A stretch of 64,000 nt of DNA, taken from positions 1-64,000 of the forward strand of contig CAYMUR010000003.1 in NCBI GenBank assembly GCA_964393615.1. The letters run 5' to 3'. The number at the start of each line of letters is the position of its first letter. Position 1 is the first letter of the stretch. Positions 19,362-28,593 of this stretch are shown piece by piece. Under the pieces are notes generated by a model. That model did no database searches. It saw only the letters and a program-made list of their open reading frames with translations, and had not been told where the DNA came from. This DNA comes from an uncultured Pirellulaceae bacterium. Lineage in GTDB: Bacteria; Planctomycetota; Planctomycetia; Pirellulales; Pirellulaceae. Position numbers and translations under genes: made by a program.

Positions 19362-21251
19362 ATGAGCAAGCCCTCTGATGTTCTCATGCTTGGCGATCGA
19401 ATCGTGATGTTGCCCATCATTCACGGTAGTGGTGACTGTTCTCTGGTGGTGCGAAATTTCATGCTCGATCATTCATTCGACTGTCTGGCTGTACCATTGC
19501 CGGCTTCGTTCCAACAGGACGTAGAACATGCGATTACGTTACTGCCCGCACCGACGCTGGTGACCCAAGCGGAAAGCGAGTGGTCAAGCGGCGGAGATTG
19601 GCCAGCTGGGTCGCACGCGAATGCCGAAGATCAGGACGAACGTAGGGTCAGTTATGTACCCATTGATCCATGCCAGGGTGTAATCATGGCATTGCGCATC
19701 GCGTTGGGAGAACATCTGCAACGTGAGTTCATTGACTTGGAGACCAATTGTTTTCAACCGTTAAGCGATATTCTTCCTGATCCTTATGCACTGAAACAGG
19801 TTGCCGTGGAGCGGTTCGCGGCGGCGATTTTGCCAAAGATTGGTCGCTTACCAGCCGGCCAGCCTCAAGAACGCGTGTGGCATATGGCACACCGGCTCAG
19901 GGAGTTGGAATCGCGATACGAATCCATCTTGTTTGTCGGTTCGGTGTTAGATTGGCCCTGGATCAGGGAAGCTTATACACGGCAAATGCCTGATACGGCC
20001 GAACACGATCTGGTGGAAACCACCACCATCTACGAACCAGAGCATACCACGTTAACATTTATGTTGGGGGAATTACCATTTGTTACAGGGTTATACGAAC
20101 GTGCCCGGGTGGAATTGGAGGATGATACGAACTTGGCGGTCGATGCAGTGAAGGAACTGCTGCTGACCGCGCGCGACCGTTATCGGCAGGCCTTGGGTCA
20201 ACGAGCACGTACGATTACACCCCACGTTCTGGCGACATGTTTGAAATATATTCGCAACCTGTCTCTTCTTGAACGGCGCATGTCTCCGGATCTATACACG
20301 ATTATCATCGCTTCGAAACAAGTGGCCGGTGACCAGTTTGCTTTGCATGTAGCAGAAACTGCGCGTTCTTACGCATTTGAGCGTGAGACTTCGTACCCGT
20401 CGGTCACGTTAGGTATCGAGCAGGCACGGTTACCAGACGGAGAGGTGGTACGGATGGTGAGTCGGCTTCCAGATCCCCCTGTCATGTGGCGCAGTTGTGA
20501 GTTAACGCGGCGTCCTGACCGAGATGAAATGCAACGCTGGCGAATGCAATGGGATCCCTTTGGACAATGCAGCTGGCCTCCCGAAGACGAGTTGATCGAG
20601 AATTTTCGTAATCATGTATTTGATCGGGCCCGTACGATCATGGGTGCGGATCTGGCACGTAGTGAAAAGTTTTCTACAAGTGTCAAGGATGGCATCGACA
20701 TTCGCGAGACGCTGCGTAACTGGCACACAGGAGACATCTATGTTAAAGTTCTGCCACCTGCACGGGGTGATCTGGATTGTGCAGTGATGCTGTTTGACTC
20801 GCCCGCCGATCCACGGGAATATCCATGGCGGACGACTTGGTTTGCAGAACACGATCAGGAATCGACACTCGCTTTTTTTGCAACCGATTACCGCCAGGAG
20901 CTTGTCGGTCCCGGTATTGGCCTGGGAACTTATGGTGGTGCCATGTTTCTGTATCCGCCCAAGACCATTTCGGACATCTGGACTGACGCGCAGCTTGATT
21001 TTGTCGAAACCTTGGAAGAGCGACTTTTAGCAGGAGCCTGTCTGTACAGCGATTGCCGTCACATTGCCTTGCTTAGCTCCGCGCCACCCGGAGCGGGTTG
21101 GCGACGTTTGGCACGGCGGTTCAACAAGCGCTGGATTCATATCCCGTTGGGCCAGTTTAGTGAATCGACAGTACAGCAGTTACGCATGGTGCACGTACTC
21201 AATGGCCATGAAATCCGTAGCTTTGCAGCGCATTTCATTCGCCGCGCCTAA
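19362..21251 (+). CDS. Hypothetical protein, 629 aa. No domain I can name with confidence. N-terminal MLPIIHGSGD segment.
   Basis: Long uninterrupted ORF with a plausible start and protein-like composition. Only short spurious ORFs on the opposite strand. Confidence 0.6.
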   Translation: MSKPSDVLMLGDRIVMLPIIHGSGDCSLVVRNFMLDHSFDCLAVPLPASFQQDVEHAITLLPAPTLVTQAESEWSSGGDWPAGSHANAEDQDERRVSYVPIDPCQGVIMALRIALGEHLQREFIDLETNCFQPLSDILPDPYALKQVAVERFAAAILPKIGRLPAGQPQERVWHMAHRLRELESRYESILFVGSVLDWPWIREAYTRQMPDTAEHDLVETTTIYEPEHTTLTFMLGELPFVTGLYERARVELEDDTNLAVDAVKELLLTARDRYRQALGQRARTITPHVLATCLKYIRNLSLLERRMSPDLYTIIIASKQVAGDQFALHVAETARSYAFERETSYPSVTLGIEQARLPDGEVVRMVSRLPDPPVMWRSCELTRRPDRDEMQRWRMQWDPFGQCSWPPEDELIENFRNHVFDRARTIMGADLARSEKFSTSVKDGIDIRETLRNWHTGDIYVKVLPPARGDLDCAVMLFDSPADPREYPWRTTWFAEHDQESTLAFFATDYRQELVGPGIGLGTYGGAMFLYPPKTISDIWTDAQLDFVETLEERLLAGACLYSDCRHIALLSSAPPGAGWRRLARRFNKRWIHIPLGQFSESTVQQLRMVHVLNGHEIRSFAAHFIRRA

Positions 21252-21961
21252 TCCAAGTTGCGGATCCGAGTTTGTGTTTCTTCTCGCAGGGCGATACATG
21301 TCGCATCATCATGAGCAGGAGAATTGACATAGCGACTGACCGGGTCGGCTACCAAGTCTTCGCTGTTATAAGGTTGTAGCAACGGCAGGAGCGATTTAGG
21401 GTTCAGCAACGTGAGATTGAGCCAAGCGTCCCAATGGTCCGGGGACAGGATGACCGGCATACGATCGTGGATGGGCCTGGTCAATGCGTTTGCAGCCGTG
21501 GTGATGATGGTGCACGATTCGAGCGGTTTGTCCAGTGGCAAATGGGTAGGGCCATTCCAGGATTCCCAAAGTCCGGCGAAAGCCATCGTGCTATTATCGC
21601 TGAGGCGAATGTAATAAGGCTGTTTCTCCTTGCCGGTGCGCTTCCATTCATAATAGCCATCTGCAATCACCAAGCAGCGCTGCCGCTTGAACGCGATCCG
21701 AAAAGACGGTTTTTCGGCAACCGTTTCCTGGCGTGCGTTGATCATGCGGTTGCCAATGGATGCTGCCTTGGCCCAAGATGGTACTAGACCCCATCGTACA
21801 AAGTCCAGTTGGCGAGAAGGATTGTTGTTTGTAGAACGGACAATGGGAACCAGTTGTGTGGGTGCGATGTTATAACGCGGGCGTAGTTCGGGTATGGTGT
21901 TAAGCCAGAATTGTTTTACAAGCTTGTCAACGGGCGTGTGTAATGTAAAACGACCGCACAT
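21248..21961 (-). CDS. yedK: SOS-response-associated peptidase (SRAP/YedK/HMCES family), abasic-site DNA-protein crosslink enzyme.
   Basis: Starts MCGRF (catalytic Cys2). Family-typical NIAPTQ and WGLVPSW motifs. Confidence 0.85.
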   Translation of the reverse strand: MCGRFTLHTPVDKLVKQFWLNTIPELRPRYNIAPTQLVPIVRSTNNNPSRQLDFVRWGLVPSWAKAASIGNRMINARQETVAEKPSFRIAFKRQRCLVIADGYYEWKRTGKEKQPYYIRLSDNSTMAFAGLWESWNGPTHLPLDKPLESCTIITTAANALTRPIHDRMPVILSPDHWDAWLNLTLLNPKSLLPLLQPYNSEDLVADPVSRYVNSPAHDDATCIALREETQTRIRNLD

Positions 21962-22053
21962 GAATCACCCAGGCAACAAGTCCAAAGAGTATTGGCACAA
22001 AGTAAAAAATGGAACCAAGGTACCAAAGGGTACCGTGTCAAGTTTTATGTTAA

Positions 22054-23220
22054 TTGTCAAGTAGCATGTTATCCAATCAACAATTCCACCACCAGCACTA
22101 CACGGCGGCACGACCGACTGCGCCGTTTGAGCTGATGACAGTGACTGCCGCAGCGGTGGAAACAGAGGAATTTCAATCTCGCATGCGTCGTGTCGGGCAA
22201 TTGTTACGCGCGGCGGGTGTCGAAGCGATTTATTTGGTACATGGGACTTTTGCTGGAAACGATGCCTGGGGAATTGCCCGACTGATTTCTCGTGTTGCAC
22301 CGCAGGCAGCACCTTGGCTGGAACAGAGGACCAAGAAAGCAGTCGATTATGTGATGCGCGACTGCAGCAATTATACCCAACGATATGCGGAGTTGTTTGA
22401 ACAGTTGGTGAATCAAGGGGAATCAACACGAATCCCCGTTCGATTGTTTACATGGACCAGCGCAAACCATCATTTAGGGCGTGCTGACTGTGCCATTCGT
22501 CTGATTGATGAGTTGCAATCGCAGTTTAGGGGTTCACCATCGCGCGTGTTGTTGTGGGGACATAGTCACGCAGGGAATGCTTTTGCCTTGATGTCAAACT
22601 TGCTGGGCGCAGTCGACGCACAGCGCGCCCATTTTTTCAGGGCTGCGCGGAGCTATTTCACGCTGCGTCGCCCGCAAGAAGAAGTCTGGTGGCGGGTGAA
22701 AAAATTATTGCAGGCGCCGGGCAATCCGCTTTCGCCGCTTCAGATTGACATTGTTACGTTTGGTACACCAATTCGTTATGGTTGGGATAGCACTGTTTGT
22801 CAGGGGCTGTTGCATTATGTGTTTCATCGTCCGGCGGAATCACTTCCTGAATACCTGGCAAAATTCCCGCCCTCCATGGCTGAGGTGCTATGCGCGTCCG
22901 GTGGGGATTACATCCACCAGTTGGGAATAGCGAATACCAATTTTCAACCTAATCTTCTAAATTGGCGATCATGGCTGGCAAATTGTCGCTTGGCTCGCAT
23001 GCTGCAAGGAGAGTATGTCCCGAGTGACTTATATGGACACTTACGTGTTGGCATGCGCGTCGCCGAGCACGGGAAAACGTTGTTGGTTGATTACGGCGAG
23101 CCGAATAATGCGGTCTACCGGCACGCGGCGGGGCATTCCATTTACACACAACTAGAATGGCTGTTATTCCATGCCGAAGATGTTAGCCAAAGGTTGTACA
23201 TTAGGAACGAGCAGGTTTAA
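22054..23220 (+). CDS. Hypothetical protein, 388 aa, possible alpha/beta-hydrolase-like fold (VHGTFAG ... LLWGHSHAGN).
   Basis: Long ORF divergent from the SRAP gene. The GHSHAG segment resembles, but does not match, the nucleophile-elbow GxSxG. Confidence 0.5.
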   Translation: MSSSMLSNQQFHHQHYTAARPTAPFELMTVTAAAVETEEFQSRMRRVGQLLRAAGVEAIYLVHGTFAGNDAWGIARLISRVAPQAAPWLEQRTKKAVDYVMRDCSNYTQRYAELFEQLVNQGESTRIPVRLFTWTSANHHLGRADCAIRLIDELQSQFRGSPSRVLLWGHSHAGNAFALMSNLLGAVDAQRAHFFRAARSYFTLRRPQEEVWWRVKKLLQAPGNPLSPLQIDIVTFGTPIRYGWDSTVCQGLLHYVFHRPAESLPEYLAKFPPSMAEVLCASGGDYIHQLGIANTNFQPNLLNWRSWLANCRLARMLQGEYVPSDLYGHLRVGMRVAEHGKTLLVDYGEPNNAVYRHAAGHSIYTQLEWLLFHAEDVSQRLYIRNEQV

Positions 23221-23648
23221 TCAAAACGGAAAACTTGTGGTCTCACAAAAGAAAGGTTCTCCCATTAAGCGATGAGTCGTCGTTTGTCAGGCCCAGCATC
23301 GTGTCAGGAGGTGGCGCCGTTTGCAAGTTCACCAGTCCAAGGACTGCGAGGGATATCATGGAACCTCGCTGGGAAAACGTGACTTGTCCCACAGAATCAA
23401 TAGAAAGTCTTGCTGCTAGCGTGGTCCAGTTGTACCAGCCACACGGGTAATGGAAGGCAAGATCATCAGCTGGTGCGTTGCCGTGTCAAAGTGAAGTGTA
23501 TCGCTGAATTGTATCGAATTACCTCCAATTCGGCTGTTGTACGATTCTGAAACCGGATACGCTTTGCAGGTAGAGGCAGGAGTTGTACTCAGGCAGCGGA
23601 TTTCCAGTCCTCCAAACAAGCGAAACAACGAAAACAAGGAAAACAAGG

Positions 23649-24248
23649 ATGTTCATGACAGATCAGCGCAATGGCTGGCGACGAGTGGTGTGGAGCCTGG
23701 GCTTGGTGTTAGTGGTCACGTTGTTACATGCTATGAAGTCGACGGGCGATGAATCTTTGTATGTGGAGAGTGAAATCCTAAAAAATGACCTTTTTGACGA
23801 GCCGGCATATCTTTCGGACGACATAGAAAGCGAGTTACATGAAATTGTCGAAATTCGTCGACAACTTAATCCGCATGGTTTCTTGAATGATTACTTTGAC
23901 GTTCAAGTTCCAGAAGATGGAAGTGTTACGATAGCGACCGAGGCACAGGAGCAAGGGTTTTTGGATGCGCTCCGTTTACTGGAACAGCGCGGACCCCAGT
24001 TTGTCGCTGGACACGAAGCAGCTGACACGAAGCCGTGCAATGCCGTTTCTGGCGATCTGCCGCTCACAGACGGTTTTCTGGTCGATGAGGCACTGGCAGG
24101 TATTCCGCTGATGGAACTGTTATTGAAGACAAGTCAACAATTAGATCGAGAAGTTCATCGCAGGGATCAGCGGGGTGATTATGACGGGGCAGACAGGCTC
24201 CGCAATCTTGCAAATCAGCTTCGGATTGAGGCACGTTGTCTACCGTAA
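23649..24248 (+). CDS. Membrane-anchored or secreted hypothetical protein (~199 aa; MFMTDQRNGWRRVVWSLGLVLVVTLLHA).
   Basis: The track ORF begins at TTG 23583. The ATG at 23649 follows an aaggaaaacaagg RBS and gives an N-terminal signal or anchor. Confidence 0.45.
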   Translation: MFMTDQRNGWRRVVWSLGLVLVVTLLHAMKSTGDESLYVESEILKNDLFDEPAYLSDDIESELHEIVEIRRQLNPHGFLNDYFDVQVPEDGSVTIATEAQEQGFLDALRLLEQRGPQFVAGHEAADTKPCNAVSGDLPLTDGFLVDEALAGIPLMELLLKTSQQLDREVHRRDQRGDYDGADRLRNLANQLRIEARCLP

Positions 24249-24311
24249 AACCTGACGGGCGTTGTACCTGCCGTGGCATTCTGTGTTGGGAACGATGCGG
24301 GAAAAAATTGT

Positions 24312-25778
24312 CTAGTCATGCAGTGTCCGGGCGACTTCGACGAGTGTGCGTACCATCACGCCAGTGCCACCCCCGTCCGACCAGGATTTTGATTTTTCCA
24401 GAAACGATGGACCCGCGATGTCCAGATGTACCCAGGGGACGTTGTCTACAAATTCTTCGAGTAGCTTGGCAGCGGTGATGGCTCCTCCCCAGCGTCCATT
24501 GCCGACGTTCTTGATATCTGCGATTTCGCTGGAAATTTCTTCACCATATTCGGCGAACATTGGCAATTGCCAAATTGGTTCACCACATTTTTCAGCAGCA
24601 CCCATCACCTGATCGCACCATGCTTGCTGGTTCGACATCGCACCCACAACATCGTTGCCCAGGGCTACGACACAGGCTCCTGTTAAGGTTGCCAGATCAA
24701 TGATCCTGGTCGCTTTCTGTTCCACAGCGACATGTAAAGCGTCGGCCAAAACCAACCGTCCTTCGGCGTCCGTATTGTGAACTTCGATTGTTTTACCACT
24801 GCGTGTGGTGAGTACGTCCCCCAGTTTGTAGCTGTCGCCGCTGACCATATTTTCGACGAGGCCCATCACACCGATGATGTTGACAGGTAATGCAAGCTTC
24901 GCGACAGCCTGTAACGCTGCTAGTACGGTGGCAGCACCTGCCATATCGCATTTCATTGCCAGCATGCCCGCGCTTGGCTTTAAAGAGAGTCCACCCGAGT
25001 CAAAAGTTACACCTTTTCCGACGAGTGCCAGTGTTTGGTCCGAGTCGGCTGTGTTAGCACCCCGATAACGTGCAATCACAAGCCTCGGTGGACGAGAGGA
25101 ACCGCGGGCAACGGCAAGAATCGCGCCACAATGTTCTGCCTGGAGACGTTGTTCGTCCCAGACTTCCATTTCCAGTCCACATTCATCTCCCAGTTGGATC
25201 GCATGGTCAGCAAATGTTTCGGGGTAGATTTTGGAAGGCGGTTCATTGACGAGGTGTCTTGCAAGGTTAACGCTGTTGCCTTGAATTTGAGCCGCACTGA
25301 GAACCTCGGCCGAAGCACCCCCGATCACTAATTCCTCGAAAGGATATCGTTTTTTTTGGCTACGATATAGGTCCTGGCCCTGACAGCCGACACAAGTTCC
25401 CGCAATAGCAGCCTCCCAAAGTTCTGCTGACCATCGGTGGTCCAGGAACATCGCGATGCGTTGGCGTGGATGTGCGGCCAGGTGACGAGTGGCCGTGCCA
25501 GCCGCCCGAAAGGCCATTTTGCTATCAATCGTATTTTGCCTTCCCAGACCGACAACGAGTACTTGGGGGGAAGCCAATCCGCGAACTCCCAGCAAGGGTG
25601 TCAAGTGACATCCTTTGCCAGTCAGTTCTTTGGATTCGAGTAACTGAGTCAATGTACCACCGGTTATTTGATCCAGTTCACCGACGTGCCCTGCTAAAGG
25701 GTCGTCTTCATAAGTGCCAAGTACAATGGCATCGGCCGCGACCTTTGAAAAAGGTTCTGTTACTGGATTAATTTGCAT
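24312..25778 (-). CDS. pepA: Leucyl aminopeptidase (M17 family).
   Basis: NTDAEGRLVLADAL signature. Lys/Asp metal ligands (VGKGVTFDSGG). Confidence 0.9.
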   Translation of the reverse strand: MQINPVTEPFSKVAADAIVLGTYEDDPLAGHVGELDQITGGTLTQLLESKELTGKGCHLTPLLGVRGLASPQVLVVGLGRQNTIDSKMAFRAAGTATRHLAAHPRQRIAMFLDHRWSAELWEAAIAGTCVGCQGQDLYRSQKKRYPFEELVIGGASAEVLSAAQIQGNSVNLARHLVNEPPSKIYPETFADHAIQLGDECGLEMEVWDEQRLQAEHCGAILAVARGSSRPPRLVIARYRGANTADSDQTLALVGKGVTFDSGGLSLKPSAGMLAMKCDMAGAATVLAALQAVAKLALPVNIIGVMGLVENMVSGDSYKLGDVLTTRSGKTIEVHNTDAEGRLVLADALHVAVEQKATRIIDLATLTGACVVALGNDVVGAMSNQQAWCDQVMGAAEKCGEPIWQLPMFAEYGEEISSEIADIKNVGNGRWGGAITAAKLLEEFVDNVPWVHLDIAGPSFLEKSKSWSDGGGTGVMVRTLVEVARTLHD

Positions 25779-26695
25779 GGAGATTCCTTAAGACAGGGGG
25801 CGCTACCAGAACGAATCCGTGTTGAAAGCTGAGGACAAAAAGTGCACCAATGGCTCACCAAGTGAACGACAGATGAAAGCCTAACATTTTTGTAGAAAAA
25901 CGCCAGCAGGTTCAAATCGGTTTGACTTTGGTAACATGTTGTTGGGGTCGTGCCTACGCCAACCGTCTTGGTCTGTCAAATATTTGCATCACTGGCAAAC
26001 GTGTTGCAACGGGTTGAGAAGTGGAAATGTGTGTAGTGAGAAAAATAAGACATTACAAGAAATCCAGATACTGCATGCTCCCGGATTTGACCTATTGAGA
26101 GAGGGGGGATCGTTTGCCACGTCCGTTGTGGCAGGTGGGTTCGTTTTCGGGAAACGAGCGCGATGGCTGCAAAGGCTGGTTTTCACCAAAATGTTTGTCC
26201 ATTCCAGGCCAACAACGCATTGGATTCGAAGAAGAATGATAACGATGATGTTTGGCGTTGGTTTTTGATCCACGTCGAGTTTTTAGAGGAAAAGCAAATT
26301 CGGAGCATTGTGCTGTCACGGAGTAAGCATTCACAGAGTGTGTGAAAAAAAGGGAAGCATTGTGTCATATTAACAAGTGAACGTAGACTGCATATTCTGC
26401 TGGTAAATGCCATGCCAGGGAAAACTTTGGTTTTCACGATGCGAACACGTGCCAATGATCGTGAACGCAATATTCTGTCCGAAGTATTACCGACCCACTG
26501 CCGTAGGGTTTCCCATGGAGAACCCCTTGGATTAAGATGTTTACCTGGTATCCGCAGCAACGAATATGTTAGAAGTAAAAGTTCTCCGGACGGTACACCT
26601 CGCGTGTGCCTGTTGAGAGCCGGATAAGGGCGTTGAAAACATTGTCGGAGTAATTGTTCGAATCGTTGCTGGCTGATTCAAACCGAGGTGACGCG

Positions 26696-27415
26696 ATGCA
26701 GAAACGGTATCGATATTTACGACAGAATGTCTGGCCCCCTGCCTTCTTGCCGTTGGTCTTGTTGGCCGCTACTTGTGCTGGCGCAGCGCCACCTGTGTTG
26801 CCTGCGGATAACGTGGAGGAATTGGACAAAGTATTTCCGGTAGGTGAAGAAATCAAATTGTTCGACGGAAAGACATTAAACGGGTGGCGCGTTGCCGACA
26901 AAGCTTTCTTTCAGTATCACGGTGAAGTGACGATTCAGAACGATAGCATCGTTCTGGAAAAAGGCAATCCGGGAACTGGCATTGTCTGGACGAAAATATT
27001 TCCACGGCTGAATTACGAAATACAACTTGAGGCCAAACGGGTTGCGGGCACCGATTTTTTCTGTGGCCTCACGTTTCCGTATGCCAAATCGTATGTTTCC
27101 CTCATTGTTGGTGGGTGGGGTGGCGGCGCGACCGGTTTGTCGAACGTCGATAAAAGTTCAGCTGTCGAGAATGAAACGTCGACGTTTCGTGACTATCGGC
27201 AGGATCAATGGTACGCGGTTCGCCTGCAAGTCACCGAAAAAAAAATTGAAGCTTGGATCGATGACTATCAGATTGTTGATCTGAAGACGAAAGACCGTGA
27301 GTTTTCGATTTGGTGGGAACAGGAACCGATGCGACCACTGGGATTTGCAACGTGGTATACGAAAGCTGCGTTACGAAACATCCGGCTTAAACGCTTGGTC
27401 AAGTCCACGCCCTGA
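26696..27415 (+). CDS. Secreted DUF1080 (3-keto-disaccharide hydrolase / LamG-like) domain protein.
   Basis: Signal peptide after the ATG at 26696 (track TTG at 26654). KLFDGKTLNGWR ... WYAVRLQV ... pattern typical of DUF1080. Confidence 0.6.
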   Translation: MQKRYRYLRQNVWPPAFLPLVLLAATCAGAAPPVLPADNVEELDKVFPVGEEIKLFDGKTLNGWRVADKAFFQYHGEVTIQNDSIVLEKGNPGTGIVWTKIFPRLNYEIQLEAKRVAGTDFFCGLTFPYAKSYVSLIVGGWGGGATGLSNVDKSSAVENETSTFRDYRQDQWYAVRLQVTEKKIEAWIDDYQIVDLKTKDREFSIWWEQEPMRPLGFATWYTKAALRNIRLKRLVKSTP

Positions 27416-27921
27416 CCCCGCTTGTCAGCAGAAAATCTTGCATGCTGAGGACCGTGGCAGCGTAAAATATTTTCAATCGTCTCATCGGCTGACCGTTCTC
27501 CGCTCCGACGTCCAACGGGGAGGGATACGTCTGTCAGCAGCTGTCCCCCGGGATTCCAACGCAGAAGATTGGTATCCCATCGGTGTCTACCAGGGATCAT
27601 CCCTCACGTGGTTGGAGCGTCAAAAGCATCGGCGATTTGAGGAACTCGAGAGTCTGTGGAAAAAAATTCACAAATTCCACACGGGGATGGGCGCTGGTAC
27701 ATGACGCTGACAATGGACGTCCTGAACGGAATGATCAAAATGCCAGTTAATTACTGGCATTAAGGCAAGTTGTGGATTCCAGACATTTGATTTGACTGTT
27801 GACGGTTTAAAACCCAAGATACTTTGGTGCTTTGTTGGCAAGGATGGCACGTTTTGAACGAATAACAGGTGTTACGTTAAATCAAAACAAGTGATCCAGT
27901 TCCCATTTTTGGGGTTATATC

Positions 27922-28554
27922 ATGGAGTATGTTTATCTGATTTGTGCTGGTTTTGGGGGTACATTGCTGGTCCTCCAATTCGTTTTGGCAGTGTTTGGAT
28001 TGGGCGCCGAGGCGGCCGACTTCGATGTGGACGTGGATGTATCGGATGACGTTGATTTCGACGCAGATGTTGGCCTGGCGGCCCACGGATCGACTTGGAT
28101 TTTTGCCGTGATTTCGTTCAAGACGATCGTAGCTTCGCTTGCCTTTTTCGGTTTGGCCGGGATGGCGGCCAATGCAGCTGGCTGGACCAACATGGCCTCT
28201 ATCGGAATGGCAATTATTTCCGGTTTCCTTGCCCTGTTAGTAGTCCATTGGCTGGTGCAAGGATTCCGCAAACTGAATCATGACGGTTCGTTACGGATAG
28301 AGCGCGCGTTGGGAAAACGGGGTACCGTATATCTTTCCATTCCACCATCCAACGAAGGTGAAGGTAAGATCCAATTACGTATGCAAAACCGTATTGTGGA
28401 ATTGCAGGCGGTGACCAACCAAACCGAAAAATTGAAGACCGGGTCCAAGATCGTGGTCATCGATATTTTAACACCCACCACCGTTGAAGTAGAAAGGATC
28501 CACGAGTCAAACACGGTCGGTGATCCGCACCAGCACAATAAAAGTAATGCATAA
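27922..28554 (+). CDS. NfeD-like membrane protein (short form, YuaF-like) with C-terminal OB-fold.
   Basis: Three TM segments, an acidic linker, then GKRGTVYLSIPPSNEGEGKIQL beta-barrel segment. Immediately upstream of the flotillin gene. Confidence 0.6.
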   Translation: MEYVYLICAGFGGTLLVLQFVLAVFGLGAEAADFDVDVDVSDDVDFDADVGLAAHGSTWIFAVISFKTIVASLAFFGLAGMAANAAGWTNMASIGMAIISGFLALLVVHWLVQGFRKLNHDGSLRIERALGKRGTVYLSIPPSNEGEGKIQLRMQNRIVELQAVTNQTEKLKTGSKIVVIDILTPTTVEVERIHESNTVGDPHQHNKSNA

Positions 28555-28593
28555 CGGATTTTCTCAATCCAATAACCATTGTGAGGAATTAAT

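Noticed and set aside
23590-23650. Low-complexity aaacaacgaaaacaaggaaaacaagga tract
   Set aside because: Judged to be an A-rich RBS/leader of the 23649 gene rather than a repeat element.
26560-26640. Possible RNase P RNA (P4-like GTCCGG / CCGGATAAGG strings)
   Set aside because: The two P4-like strings are on the same strand in the wrong relative orientation, and the other universal RNase P elements are not visible. Kept only as a generic ncRNA-candidate region.
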